Positions 25,883 through 38,214 of a DNA stretch of 64,000 bases are shown piece by piece; the first letter of the stretch is position 1, and each line of letters begins with the position of its first letter. This DNA comes from Octopus vulgaris (Eukaryota): the NCBI GenBank assembly GCA_951406725.2, contig OX597839.1:2108001-2172000 (forward strand), in the 5' to 3' direction. A program made the position numbers and the translations under genes. Under the pieces are notes generated by a model. The model did no database searches. It had not been told where the DNA came from and saw only the letters and a list, made by a program, of their open reading frames with translations.

Positions 25883-26486
25883 GTTGAATCTAAGAGTATT
25901 CGAAGACGACAACGGTAAGCGATGGAACAAAAGCGTGATGGAGCGTCAACTTGAAGTACTCTGTGTCAGTCAGTTCACGCTGATGTGCTCGCTTAAAGGT
26001 AACAAACCGGACTATCATGATTCCATGGGGCCGGACCTGTCTCAGCAATTCTACAATAATTTCTTAGCGAAACTTCGGGAAACGTACGATGCTGATAAAG
26101 TGAAAGACGGTCGGTTTGGTGCTTACATGAGGCGGCGAGCTGGCAGAAACGTTAGCACGCTGGGCGAAATGCTTAGCAGTATTTCGTCTGCCGCTACGTT
26201 CTGAGTTCAAATTCCGCCGAGGTCGACTTTGCCTTTCATCCTATCGGGGTCGATTAAATAAGTACCAATTATGCACTGGGGTCGATATAATCGACTTAAT
26301 CCGTTTGTCTGTCATTTGTCCTCTCTGTGTTTAGCCCCTTGTGGGTAGTAAAGAAATAGGTTTGGTGCTTACATGAGTGTTAATATCGAAAACGACGGAC
26401 CCGTTACGATTCCTTTGGAAATTACACCGAGCCGTCCAAAATCTCCGCTGGAGAAAGAACCGGAATTGGAGCACAAAATAGATTAG
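25882..26486 (+). pseudogene. DTD1: 5'-truncated DTD1 duplicate interrupted by a SINE
   Basis: Matches 21102-21460 with 11 substitutions; lacks roughly the first 48 codons; SINE B inserted just before the NDGPVT motif. Confidence 0.92.
26131..26360 (+). mobile_element. Full-length SINE family B with 16-bp TSD
   Basis: TTTGGTGCTTACATGA at 26115-26130 and 26361-26376; the empty site is visible in the intact DTD1. Confidence 0.95.
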
Positions 26487-26676
26487 AACTGAAACCACGG
26501 GGGTAAGAAAATGTCATACTTTCAGATAAACAGTCACATATAGAACCTGAAACATAAAAATGTCAATTAATAAAAAAAATATAAATCCTTACAAGTTAGA
26601 ATGAATATAAAACGAGGTTTTATGGGATGTCTATTTACTTCTGTCATGTCTGTATTTATATATTGTTACATATATA

Positions 26677-26829
26677 GGCGCAGGAGAGGCTGTGTGGTAA
26701 GAAACTTGATTCCCAACCACATGGTTCACGGTGTGGCACCTTGGCCAAGTGTCTGCTATTATATAGCCTTGGGCCGATCGAAGCCTTGTGAGTAGATTTG
26801 GTAGATGGAAACTGAAAAGAAGCCCGTTG

Positions 26830-26894
<65 letters not shown>

Positions 26895-27447
26895 GTATGT
26901 ATTTGTGAGTCTATGTTTGTCACCCATCGATGTTGGTGTGTTTACGTCCTCGTAATCAGTGGTTCAGCAAAAAGAGACCGATAGAATAAGTACTAGTCTT
27001 ACAAAGAACAAGTCCAGGAGTCGATTTGTTCGACTAAAGGCGGTGCTCTAGCATGTCCACAAATGACTGAAACAAATAAAAGAATATATATATAGGCGCA
27101 GGAGTGGCTGTGTGGTAAGTAGCTTGCTTACCAACCACATGGTTCCGGGTTCAGTCCCACTGCGTGGCATCTTGGACAAGTGTCTTCTGCTATAGCCTCG
27201 GGCCGACCAATGCCTTGTGAGTGGATTTGGTAGACGGAAACTGAAAGAAGCCTATCGTATATATGTATATATTTATATGTATGTGTGTATATGTTTGTGT
27301 GTCTGTGTTTGTCCCCCCAACATCGCTTGACAACTGATGCTGGTGGGCTTACAAAGAATAAGTCCCGGGGGTCGATTTGCTCGACTAAAGGCGGTGCTCC
27401 AGCATGGCCGCAGTCAAATGACTGAAACAAGTAAAAGAGAGAGTAAA
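26677..27447 (+). mobile_element. Two adjacent SINE family A copies (~26677-27083, ~27094-27447)
   Basis: Each begins TATAGGCGCAGG; the second has an internal deletion. Confidence 0.85.
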
Positions 27448-27771
27448 AAAGATAGTATATATATATGTATGTGCGCGCACACACACACAACTGCTTTTCT
27501 ATACAGTTTCCGTCTTTCCTGAATTCACTTGCAGAGCACTGGTCGGCTAAGAGGTACTGCACGTTGGGATTGAACCCGAATCCTCGTGGCTGCAAGGTGA
27601 GTTTCCTAACCCACACACTCCCATGTCTGCAAAACAATTTTTTTTTTTTAACCCTGCAGAGAACTCGATCGGGAAGTTTTTAAAATTCGTTACGAGTTAT
27701 GTAGAATGTGACAGCAGAGCTAGCGGGGGTGGACCAAAGAACGAGGTGGCTGTATGATAATAATAAATATA

Positions 27772-28172
27772 TAGGCGTAGAAGTGGCTGTGTGGTAAGTA
27801 GCTTGTTTACCAACCACATGGTTCCGGGTTCAGTCCCACTGCGTGGCACCTTGGGCAAGTGTCTTCTACTATAGCCTCAGGCCGAGCAAATCGTTGTGAG
27901 TGGATTTGGTAGACGGAAACTGGAAGAAGCCCGTCGTATATATGTATATATATATATATGCGTGTGTGTGTCTGTGTTTGCCCCCCTAGCATTGCTTGAC
28001 AACCGATGCTGGTGTGTTTATGTCCCCGTTACTTTGCGGTTCGGCATAAGAGACCGATAGAATAAGTACTGGGCTTACAAAAGAATAAGTCCCGGGGTCG
28101 AGCTGCTCGATTAAAGACGGTGCTCCAGCATGGCCGCAGTCAAATGACTGAAACAAGTAAAAGAGTAAAAGA
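27772..28172 (+). mobile_element. SINE family A
   Basis: Full-length homology. Confidence 0.85.
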
Positions 28173-29853
28173 GATATCCTAGCCATAATCGGTCATGTTT
28201 TGGAAATTCATCCAGAACGTTTAACATATCTTCTGACTGGACCCCATGGAGGAAGGAGATAGATGGTACCTGAGGACTCAACCACCACAAACAACCCTGC
28301 CAGGTATATAGCGGGTGGAAAAGATGAATGAATGGATATAGAATAATAGTATTTTTTTTTTTACGGTAAGGAAAATAAGAAGAGAAAGGACAAATAGTCA
28401 ATAACACAAAGAAGTTGCGGATGAATATATATAATTTTATACATTACATGTGTAAATAATATATTATGGATACGTAATATATAATAAAATACCTTACAGA
28501 CAGACTATGAGGGTAGAGGATATTGACTCCCCTAGTTGATTCCGCCATTGCGGGGGTCCTTTTATTTGAGAACTGATGTCGCTTCTTAGCTGATAATAAA
28601 ACACATGATTATTATTATCATATACAATTACTAACACACACACATACACACGCACAGATAGATCGACATATATATATATATATGTAGAGAGTAAGATAAA
28701 AACTTTGTTAGCACGATTTATCTTTGTCTTGTCTCTCTGACTGACTGACTGACTAACGAATGAGCATGTGTGTAAGCAGTGTACGGTGTACTGTGCATGT
28801 CTGGAAACTGTGTGAGAGAGAGAAAGGGGGCGAGTGAAGGAGACAGAGGGAGAAAAGAATAAAAGAGAGGGGGAGAAAATGAATGGGAGAGGGAGAGAGA
28901 AAAATGAGAGACAGAGAGAGTGTCTGATTACTATATTTTATTACTCGCTCTTTCTTGAGTTGATAATTTGGCATTATTTATTCCGTGTTGCAGTCGATAG
29001 TTTCGTTTCGTTTTTTCCGTTTTCGTGTCATATCTTTTTTTATAGTAGTATAGTTTCGTTTCATTTTATTTTCTCTTTATTGTCATACGATATTTATGCG
29101 CACTAACGACTTTGTTTCCCCGTACCTTTTAGGAAAATGGGTATTTTTCAATGAAATTGTCGACAAATCCCTTTCAAAAGTTTTTGACGTTTCGACCCCA
29201 GGAATGAGGAGGGAAAACAGATCACAACCGTTAATCCAGACTTTTTTCTTCTCTCCGTTTTCTTTTTCCGCTCTCTATCTGTTTTTTCTCATCACTCTTT
29301 TTTCTAGATGAGCGTAGGCTCGAAACGTCAATGACTCTTCCAATTCCTGAGCGTCAAACTAATACACATTGTTTGTTGTTCACCCCCGCCTGCCATTGTC
29401 TTGTTCTTTTTTGTTTTGTTTTGTTTTCTGTACAACTTAAGGAAAATAAGACAAGGTAGAAAATTCTAAAATAATTTTATCGTGAAGAACGTTTCAGTAC
29501 CGTTTTCAGCCTTTGCGACTTTTTCAAATTAGAATAAAACAACAACACACACACACATTCCTTTACTTGTTTCAAGCGTTAGACTGCAGCCATGCTGGAT
29601 CACTGCTATGCAGTTATTTTTTAAGGCGGGTAGTTATTATGTCGGTCTCTTTAGCAGAACCGCTAAGTTACAGGGACGTGAATATATACTAAGACTGTTT
29701 TTCAATTGGTGGTGGTGGTGGACACACACGCACACATCGGGGTTTTTTCAGTTTCCGTCTACGAAATCCACTCAGAAGCCCCTACGTTTAGACCAGTGGT
29801 TCTCAACCGGGATCCATTTGGCTCCTGAGGCCCAAGCGTAGATTGAGTTTGTA

Positions 29854-30080
29854 CCTATTTCTTTATTACCCACAAGGGGCTAAACATAGAAGGGACAAAC
29901 AAGGACAGACATAGGTATTAAGTCGATTACATCGACCCCAGTGCTTAACTGGTACTTAATTTATCGACCCCGAAAGGATAAAAGGCAAAGTCGACCTCGG
30001 CGGAATTTGAACTCAGAACGTAACGACAGACGAAATACCGCTAAGCATTTCGCCCGGCGCGCTAACGTTTCTGCCAGCTC
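29854..30080 (-). mobile_element. SINE family B
   Basis: Reverse complement of the 26131-26360 consensus, ending AAAGAAATAGG. Confidence 0.85.
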
Positions 30081-30518
30081 TTGTACCGCCTGGAGCGAAC
30101 CACCAGCTCTTAGTAGACTAGTGACCTGAAGGTTCAAATAAGATCTTTGGAGTGCACGCAACAAAACGGTTGCGTTAGATGTATGTATCGGCATGTATTA
30201 CAAGAAACAGTTCAATCTGTTTCTCTAGCATTTTACATTATTTTCTACTTTGTGTTTGTCTCCCATCATCGTTTGACAACCGGTGTTGGTGTGTTTACGT
30301 CCCCGTAATCAAGCAGTTCGGCAAAAGAAACCGATAGAATAAGTACCAGAATTTAAAGAAAAGTATTTTACTAGGGGCGATTTATCCGACAAAAATCAAT
30401 GAAAGTCGGTCCTCCAGCATAGCCACAGTCCATTGACTGAAACAAAAAGATATATGTATATTTATAACCTTTCATTATTAATTATTCTTTTTCTGAAGAA
30501 AAAAAAAAGGTACCATGA

Positions 30519-30591
30519 AGTCTTCAGTGAGAATTGAACTGACGACCCCTAGTTTACAAGACCAGTGCTCTAATCCTTGAGCTATGGAGGT
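30519..30591 (-). tRNA. tRNA-Thr(TGT), degenerate, probably a pseudogene
   Basis: ACCTCCATAGCTCAAGGATTAGAGCACTGGTCTTGTAAACTAGGGGTCGTCAGTTCAATTCTCACTGAAGACT: anticodon loop CTTGTAA and GTTCAA T-loop present; 3 acceptor-stem mismatches and 1 T-stem mismatch; T10 run about 10 nt downstream. Confidence 0.75.
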
Positions 30592-30674
30592 GATCCATCT
30601 GAAGTCTTTTGCTCTTGATCTCACTTTTCATTTTCCAGCCCTTACTTCCTCTTTCAGTCCTTTAGGGTCTTTGC

Positions 30675-30710
<36 letters not shown>

Positions 30711-30979
30711 AAATGTGTGTGCATCACTAAATATTATGAGCGAAAGAAAGTAAAGAAAGAGACGAGAGAGATAGACAGACGGCAAGGAAGAAAAAGAGGG
30801 AGAGAAAGTAAAGAAGAGAGAGAGAGGGAGAATGCAAGGAAGAAAGGGAGGAGGGAAAGAAGAAGAAAAAGGGAGAAAAAGATAGACAGAAGGACAGGAA
30901 AAAAGTGAGGGAGAGAAAGAAGAGGAAAAAGAGAAATAGACGGAAAGCAAGGAAGAAAGAGAGGAAGAGTGTGTAAAGA

Positions 30980-31015
<36 letters not shown>

Positions 31016-32077
31016 GGATAGACATAAAGCAAGGAAGAAAGGAAGAGAGAGAGAGAGAGAAAGTCAAGAAGAAAAGAAAAAGAGAAAGAGAGATAAACAG
31101 AAGGCAACGAAGAAAGTGAAAAAAGATCCGAGAGAGTAAAGGAGAAAGATAAAGCGATAGATAGGAAGCAAGGAAGTGAGAGAGAGTGTGTGTGTGCGTG
31201 TGAGAGAGTGTGTGTGCGTGTGAGAGAGTGCGTACGCGTAGACTAAAAGGTAAACGTGCTTATCATCTTTTCTCACGACATTACTACTACTACTACCACC
31301 ACTACTACTAGTACTACTACTAACTAGCACCACCACCACCACTACTTACTACTACTACTACTACTGCTACTACTACTATTACTACTTTCACTGCACTATG
31401 AGCGCGCTGCCTCCTCCTCCTTCGCTGATAAGCTTTGTTCGTTGTTCGTTCGTGAGCGACCGTCGTCACTTGTTTGTAATTCAGCTTGTCAGTACGTGCA
31501 AGTGGAACTGATGTCGCTACACTGTCTCTCCGTCTCTATCTCACACGCACTAAACATTTTTGACTGGCTGCTCGTATTCTCTCCAATAACTCTGCTGCTG
31601 CTACTGTCGCTGTTGCTGTTGCCGTTGCTACTACTACTACTACTACTACTACAAGCAAATCTTTATTTCCCTCTTTGCCTCTGTCTTTTTTTGTCTGTCT
31701 CTCTTTCTTTGCTTCCTCTCTCTCTCTTTGTCCCCTCTCTCTCTCTCTCTTTGCCCCCCCTCTCTCTTTCCCCCCTCTCTCTCTCTTTGCCTCTGTCGCT
31801 TCTTACCCCCTCTGTCTTTGCCTCTGTCTCTCTCTTCTCACCCCCTCTGTCTTTGCCTCTGTCTCTCCTGACCCTCTCTCTCTTTGCCTCTGTCTCTCTC
31901 TTTTTGTCTATATCTCTCTCTTTGCCTCTGTCTCTCTCTCTCTCTCCTTACTCCCTCTGTCTCTCTCTCTCTCTCCTTACTCCTTCTGTTTTTGCCTCTG
32001 TGTCTCTCTTTTTGTCTGCATCTCTCACTTTGCCTGTCTCTAACCCTCTCTAACTCTCTCTGTCTCTCTCTGTCTCC

Positions 32078-32136
<59 letters not shown>

Positions 32137-32532
32137 GGTGCTAATTTCGATTCGCACGTCAATACTTAGCAATTCAGCTTTTTACACTTTCTTTTTATTC
32201 ATTTTCTGTTTTGTATTTACACTTTTGCACTTACACCCATTTCATAAAGAAACAAACAACTTCGATAAAATGTAAACATAAGGGGAAATTATAAAAACCT
32301 ATCTCGGCTTTCCTGAAGGACCGAAACGAGTGAATGTTTTAATACTGGTAGAACATACAATCCACAGCTCGAAATATTTCGTTTCACTTTTTGTACACAC
32401 CCGTCGCTGAGTGGTAAGAAGCTTGCTTCCCAACCACATTGCTATGGTTTCAGTCCCTCTACGCGGTACCTTGAGCAAGTGTCTTCTGCTATAGCCTCGG
32501 ATCGACCAAAGCCTTGTAATATACGTGTATTT

Positions 32533-32878
32533 TACTCTACTCTTTTACTTGTTTCAGTCATTTGACTGCGGCCATGCTGGAGCACCGCCTTTAGTCGAGC
32601 AAATCAACCCCAGGACTTATTCTTTGGAAGCCCAGTACTTATTCTATCGGTCTCTTTTGCCGAACCGCTATGTGACGGGAACGTAAACACACCAGCATCG
32701 GTTGTCAAGCAATGCTAGGGGGACAAACACAGACACAGAAACACACACGCATACATATATATATACATATATACGACAGGCTTCTATCAGTTTCTGTCAG
32801 CCAAATCCACTCAAAAGGCATTGGTCAGCCCGGGGCTATAGCAGAAGACACTTGCCCAAGGTGCCACGCAGTGGGACT
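32533..32878 (-). mobile_element. SINE family A, 5' end lost at (TA)n
   Basis: Reverse-complement homology to 48-457. Confidence 0.85.
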
Positions 32879-32879
32879 G

Positions 32880-32957
<78 letters not shown>

Positions 32958-32961
<4 letters not shown>

Positions 32962-33131
32962 AATGTAATATGTGACAATTATTCGGTAGCCATGATAAAA
33001 GTCCGAGTTTTGGATGCCGAGGTGGAAATCCACGCCGCCATTTCTTCAGTAATCCGGTCATTTCCGCCTTGGCATCCGAAACTCGGAGTTTTATCATGGC
33101 TACCGAATAATTGTCAGATATTACATTTACA
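32958..33131. repeat. 72-bp inverted repeat containing hammerhead-like motifs, abutting (TA)n
   Basis: 32958-33029 vs 33060-33131; CUGAAGA on minus at 33043-33049; the right arm has GGCAUCC-GAA-ACUC(G)GAGU-U. Confidence 0.85.
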
Positions 33132-33197
33132 GATAAATTCCTTTATTTACATAATATCGAGGTCTCTTTCATTCTTTTGTTGTCTTACCATTTTTAT

Positions 33198-33254
<57 letters not shown>

Positions 33255-33369
33255 CTTCTTCCCTTCTTTCCTGAGCGTCCAATAATACTTCATTTGTTCC
33301 ACATCCTTGCGTTGTTGTCTTTTTGTTTTCTTGTTTGGATTAACTTTATATATATATATATATATATAT

Positions 33370-33576
33370 GGTGTCAAGCAGGGAGATATTCCTGCTCCGA
33401 ATCTTTTTGCCTTGTACTTTGCAATGGTGTTTTCGATGGCGTGTCCATATGGGATATATATCCGGCATTGGCCATCGGGAAGGCTTTTCAATCTTCGATG
33501 CATATGTGCAAACCCTAAAGTGCAGTCGTCTTTGATCAGAGAGTTCCTATATGTTGACGACTGTGACCTGTTTGCT
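33370..33576 (+). mobile_element. RTE-clade LINE reverse transcriptase fragment
   Basis: GVKQGDIPAPNLF...GIYIR..SGRLFNLR...IREFLYVDDC: RT motifs typical of RTE/BovB-like elements; bounded by (TA)n and (CA)n. Confidence 0.85.
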
Positions 33577-33631
<55 letters not shown>

Positions 33632-34343
33632 ACAAACACACACACAAACACACGCACACACGGCTGGTTTGTTTTAGTTTCCGTCTATCAAATCTTCTCT
33701 CGGGGTTTTGGTTGGCCCGAAGTAATAGTAGAAGACACTCACCGAAGGTTTCACGCAAGTGGGACTGAACCCGGAACCATGTGGTTCGGAAGCAAACTTC
33801 TTACCACGCCTGCACAGCATCATATTTTGGATTGCTTCAGTAATTTGGAAAAGTCAAGTCAAGTTTTTATATCCCCCATTATTCGTGCTCTCAATTTTAA
33901 TTTCGGCGCTTTCCTACGCTTCCACTCAGACTTACTTTAAATATTGGAACATATTCTTTCTAACACACACACACACACACATGCATGCACGCACGCATGC
34001 CCGCACGCAACAATACATGCACGCACACACGCACAACATGCCATAGACATTTTTTTTTTTTTTTTTTGCTCAGCGCACAAGGGAAATAACTTTTGACGGA
34101 GTTTTCTCCCTTGAAAAAACATCGCAACATAGATATTGGTTTCAAATTTTAGCACGAAGCCAGCAAGCTCTGGATTAGGGCTAACTCGATATAATTGAAA
34201 CTTCAACCTTGTAAGGGTGAAAAGCAAGATCACCTCAGCGGAATTTGAACTCAAATCGTAAAGTTGGATGAAATGCCGCCAAGTATTTTTCCGGGTGTGC
34301 TAAAGATTGACAACTCGCCGCCGTAGACGCTAATATATATATA

Positions 34344-34724
34344 CTCTTTTACTCTTTTACTTGTTTCAGACATTTGACTGCGGCCATGCAGGAGCACCGC
34401 CTTTAATCGAGAAAATCGACCCCAGGACTTATTCTATCGGTCTCTTTTTGACGAACCGCTAAGTGACAGGGACATAAACACACCAGCATCGGTTGTCAAG
34501 CAATGCTAGGGGGACAAACACAGACACACAAACACACACACATACATATATACATATATACGACGGGCTTCTTTCAGTTTCCATCTACCAAATCCACTCA
34601 AAAGGCATTGATCGGCCCGGGTCTATAGCAGAAGACACTTGCCCAAGATGCCACGCAGTGGGACTGAACCCGGAACCATGTGGTTGGTAAGCAAGCTACT
34701 TACCACACAGCCACTCCTACGCCT
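34344..34724 (-). mobile_element. SINE family A
   Basis: Reverse-complement homology. Confidence 0.85.
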
Positions 34725-34999
34725 AAATATATATATATATATATATATATTGATTTCAAATTTTGGCACAAGGCCAGAAATTCCGGGGAAGGGTAAATCG
34801 ATTGCATCGATCCCAATGCTTGACTGGTACTTATTTTTATCAACCCAAAAGGATGAAAGGCAAAGTCGACCTCAGCGGAATTTGAACTCAGAACGTAAAC
34901 ATGGACGAAACTCCGCTAAGCATTTTGCTCGGTTTGCTAACGATGCTGCCACTTTCCCGCCTTTCACTAATATATTTATATTAGAAAGAATAAATGAAC

Positions 35000-35162
35000 A
35001 GGCTCAGCGTGGCTGTGCGGTAAGAAGCTTGCTTCCCAACTAGATGGTTCCAGGTTCAGTCCCACTGAGTGGCATTTTGGGCAAGTGTCTTCTACTACAG
35101 CCGCAGGCCGATCAAATCCTTGTGAGTAGGTTTAGTAGACGGAAACTGAAAGATGTCCGGCG

Positions 35163-35243
<81 letters not shown>

Positions 35244-35437
35244 GTATGTGTGTGTGTCCCCCACCATCACTTGACAGCCGATGTTGGTGTGTTTACGTCC
35301 CTGTAACTCAGCGGTTCGGCAAAAGAGACCGATAGAGTATGTACTAGGCTTAAAAAGAATAAGTCCTGGGGTCGATTTGTTCGACTAAAGGTGGTGCTCC
35401 AGCATGGCCGCAGTCAAATGACTCAAAGAAGTAAAGG
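35000..35437 (+). mobile_element. SINE family A (diverged)
   Basis: Head, internal microsatellite and tail present. Confidence 0.8.
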
Positions 35438-35739
35438 CTAAATATGTAACAAAACTGTAGAGCAGTGCTCCGCAAAATTTTTATTTTTTTCACTTGCTGT
35501 ACACTTATATTCTTTTAAAAATTCTGTGGCACACGAACACCACGCATCTTTTCCAAGTGAGTTTTATCTTAATAATTACGATGCACACTCTTATTCTATC
35601 TCTTCTCTGTCTATCTATCTCCCTCTCATGTTCTTCCTTTCTGTTTTTCTTTCCCACCCTTTTCCTATTCTTCTCCCCCCTTTCACCGTTCCCTCTCTCA
35701 CTCACTCTTCCTCCTTGACTCTCTCATTGCTCACACGTG

Positions 35740-36170
35740 ACGAAAGGCAAGCCATCTTTCTATCTTCCACTTCATTCCTAAAGACAAGACGTGTTTTTAT
35801 CTGTCTCTTCTCAAAGCTCGTTTTTCCAGCGTTCACAACGTCACTTCATCTTGGCTCAACAACCCTCACCGTTTGTTTTTTACTGTTTTGTTGTCACTGT
35901 TATGTTTTTGCTATCACTTTCACCCTCCGCAAAAAATCCCAAATTTTATTTAATTTGTTTCGCTGGAAGGATTGTTTTAACGAAGTCGCGTATTTTCCTT
36001 ACCTTCGAACGCGGAGTAGATAAAACAGGTGACACCTGACGAAGGGAATGTTCTTTATGTTGCATGTATTCTTTCTCTGTTTTTTTTTCCGTTGTTCGAA
36101 AAAGTTCGTTTTCTATGTTTTTGTCTTTTATGCAATGTTTTTTTTGTTGTTCTGTACCCATATATGCATG
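35740..36170 (+). mobile_element. Unclassified ~430-bp repeat ending at (TA)n
   Basis: Homologous to ~57535-57945 (AAGACGTGTT..., CCAAA(A)TT.TATTTAATTTG, GTTCTTTATGTTG, CGTTGTTCGAA). Confidence 0.6.
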
Positions 36171-36898
36171 TATATATATATATATATATACATGTAGGTT
36201 GAAACCGTGGCTGTTAGTAACTACTCGTATTACAGGCTCTGTTATCTTTCTGCTGGACTATAAAGGTAAGGTAAGGTTACCTTCTCGAGTCATGCTGACT
36301 GATAAGGGCCGCTTTGCCGGTTCCATGGCGTGTAAATTCCCAGCCTGGATGGAACACCGGTGGCCGAAGGATTACACATTTTTGCCAGCTGAGTGGACTG
36401 TTGCAACATAAAAATGAAGTGTTTTGCTCAAGAACACAACGCGTCGCCGGGTCCACGAACCAAAACCACATTCTTACGATCAAGAGTCCAACACCCTAGC
36501 CACCAAGCTGCGCTCCTCCACTAGTAGAATATACAAGATATGCAAATGTCTATGTCTAATAAACGCATATTTTCTCTCATTAATCCATTGGTAATCTATT
36601 TCATTACAACTAGGATGCTATCGCAAAGGTAACGACGGAGTATTTGATGTCAGTATGGCCGGCTGTTTCGTAGCAGGAATTCTTTGGATTATATCATAAA
36701 TTTTCTTTCCATCGGTGTAGAACTGTGGTTAAAAAACATCAACAATAACAAGAATAACAACAAGCAATAACTCCAAAATCTTTATTGTACAGGCACTAAA
36801 TTATATATATACATACATACGAATATATATATATACATATATATGATATGTATAATATATATATATATATATATAATTATAATACATATATATATAAT

Positions 36899-37039
<141 letters not shown>

Positions 37040-37406
37040 CATACATACACTCATACATATATATATTTATATCTATAGATATTTGATTATTCGTTGGTAT
37101 TTATAGATACATTTTGACTTATATCTTTTAACTCATAACTATTAAAATTTCACCGAGTTCTTCTTCTTAACAGACTAATGATATTCCTCCTCATTAGCTT
37201 GGCATTAATTAGTTGTTTTTTTCTTTTATTTTTCTTTAAATTTTCATCAAATCATCGTTGCTATATACACAAATATTTATCCATAGACATCAAATATTCG
37301 TAGATATCTCATCAACAGATCTGTGATAACCATGTACTAACCGTTCATCCAGTGCTGTAGTTTATATCATATCCATTATTAATGTTCACTGATAGTCATT
37401 GATATT

Positions 37407-37472
<66 letters not shown>

Positions 37473-37580
37473 TAATATATCATAATAATAACAATAATAA
37501 TAATATGAGGGAATATTATTCCAAACTTACAGGGAAAAATTCAATTTAGAAATACTAAATCAAATTTCACAAAATATAAT

Positions 37581-37886
37581 ATATATATATATAAATTAGA
37601 AAAAACCCACCTTTTATCAATTCAATAAAGAAAAATTAAATTATACCATTTAGAAATATTACATATTATAGAAAGATTAAATATAAGATAAAACATATCT
37701 CAATGATTAAGTAATATGCAAAATAGTAAATAAAACGTATATATTTGGTAGAATAACTTAATTATTGTTATATGTTTTATCTTATATTTAATCTTTCTAT
37801 AATATGTAATTTCACTAAATGGTATAATTTAATTTTTCATTATTGAATTGATAAACGGTGGTTTTTTTCTAATTTATATATATATA
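37581..37886. repeat. AT-rich inverted repeat with ~117-bp arms and (TA)n at both outer ends
   Basis: 37581-37698 vs 37770-37886, imperfect. Confidence 0.85.
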
Positions 37887-38156
37887 CACATACACTTACT
37901 AGTTACAGTTATTTGCCCTCGCCCATGCTGGGATATATTTGGAGATTTTATTAAAAAACATTTTTTAGGGATTTTGATCGATCTTTATTGCTTCTCACCA
38001 TCACCACAACGTATTAATATGATATCCATTCTTTATATATAGATATCTTATAAGATAAGAAATGTAAATTGGACAATAATTTCACTGGACACATACATAT
38101 ATATAAATACATACATACATACATACATACATACATACATACATACATACATACAT

Positions 38157-38214
<58 letters not shown>

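Noticed and set aside
28175-28290. Unique segment with short open frames (VPSISFLHGVQSEDML... / IIGHVLEIHPERL...)
   Set aside because: No recognisable domain and no consistent pair of splice sites.
36000-36050. CTGACGAAGGG preceded by CCTTCGAAC as a type II hammerhead
   Set aside because: GAAA is absent and stems I and III could not be built; the homologue near 57800 does not conserve the pairing.
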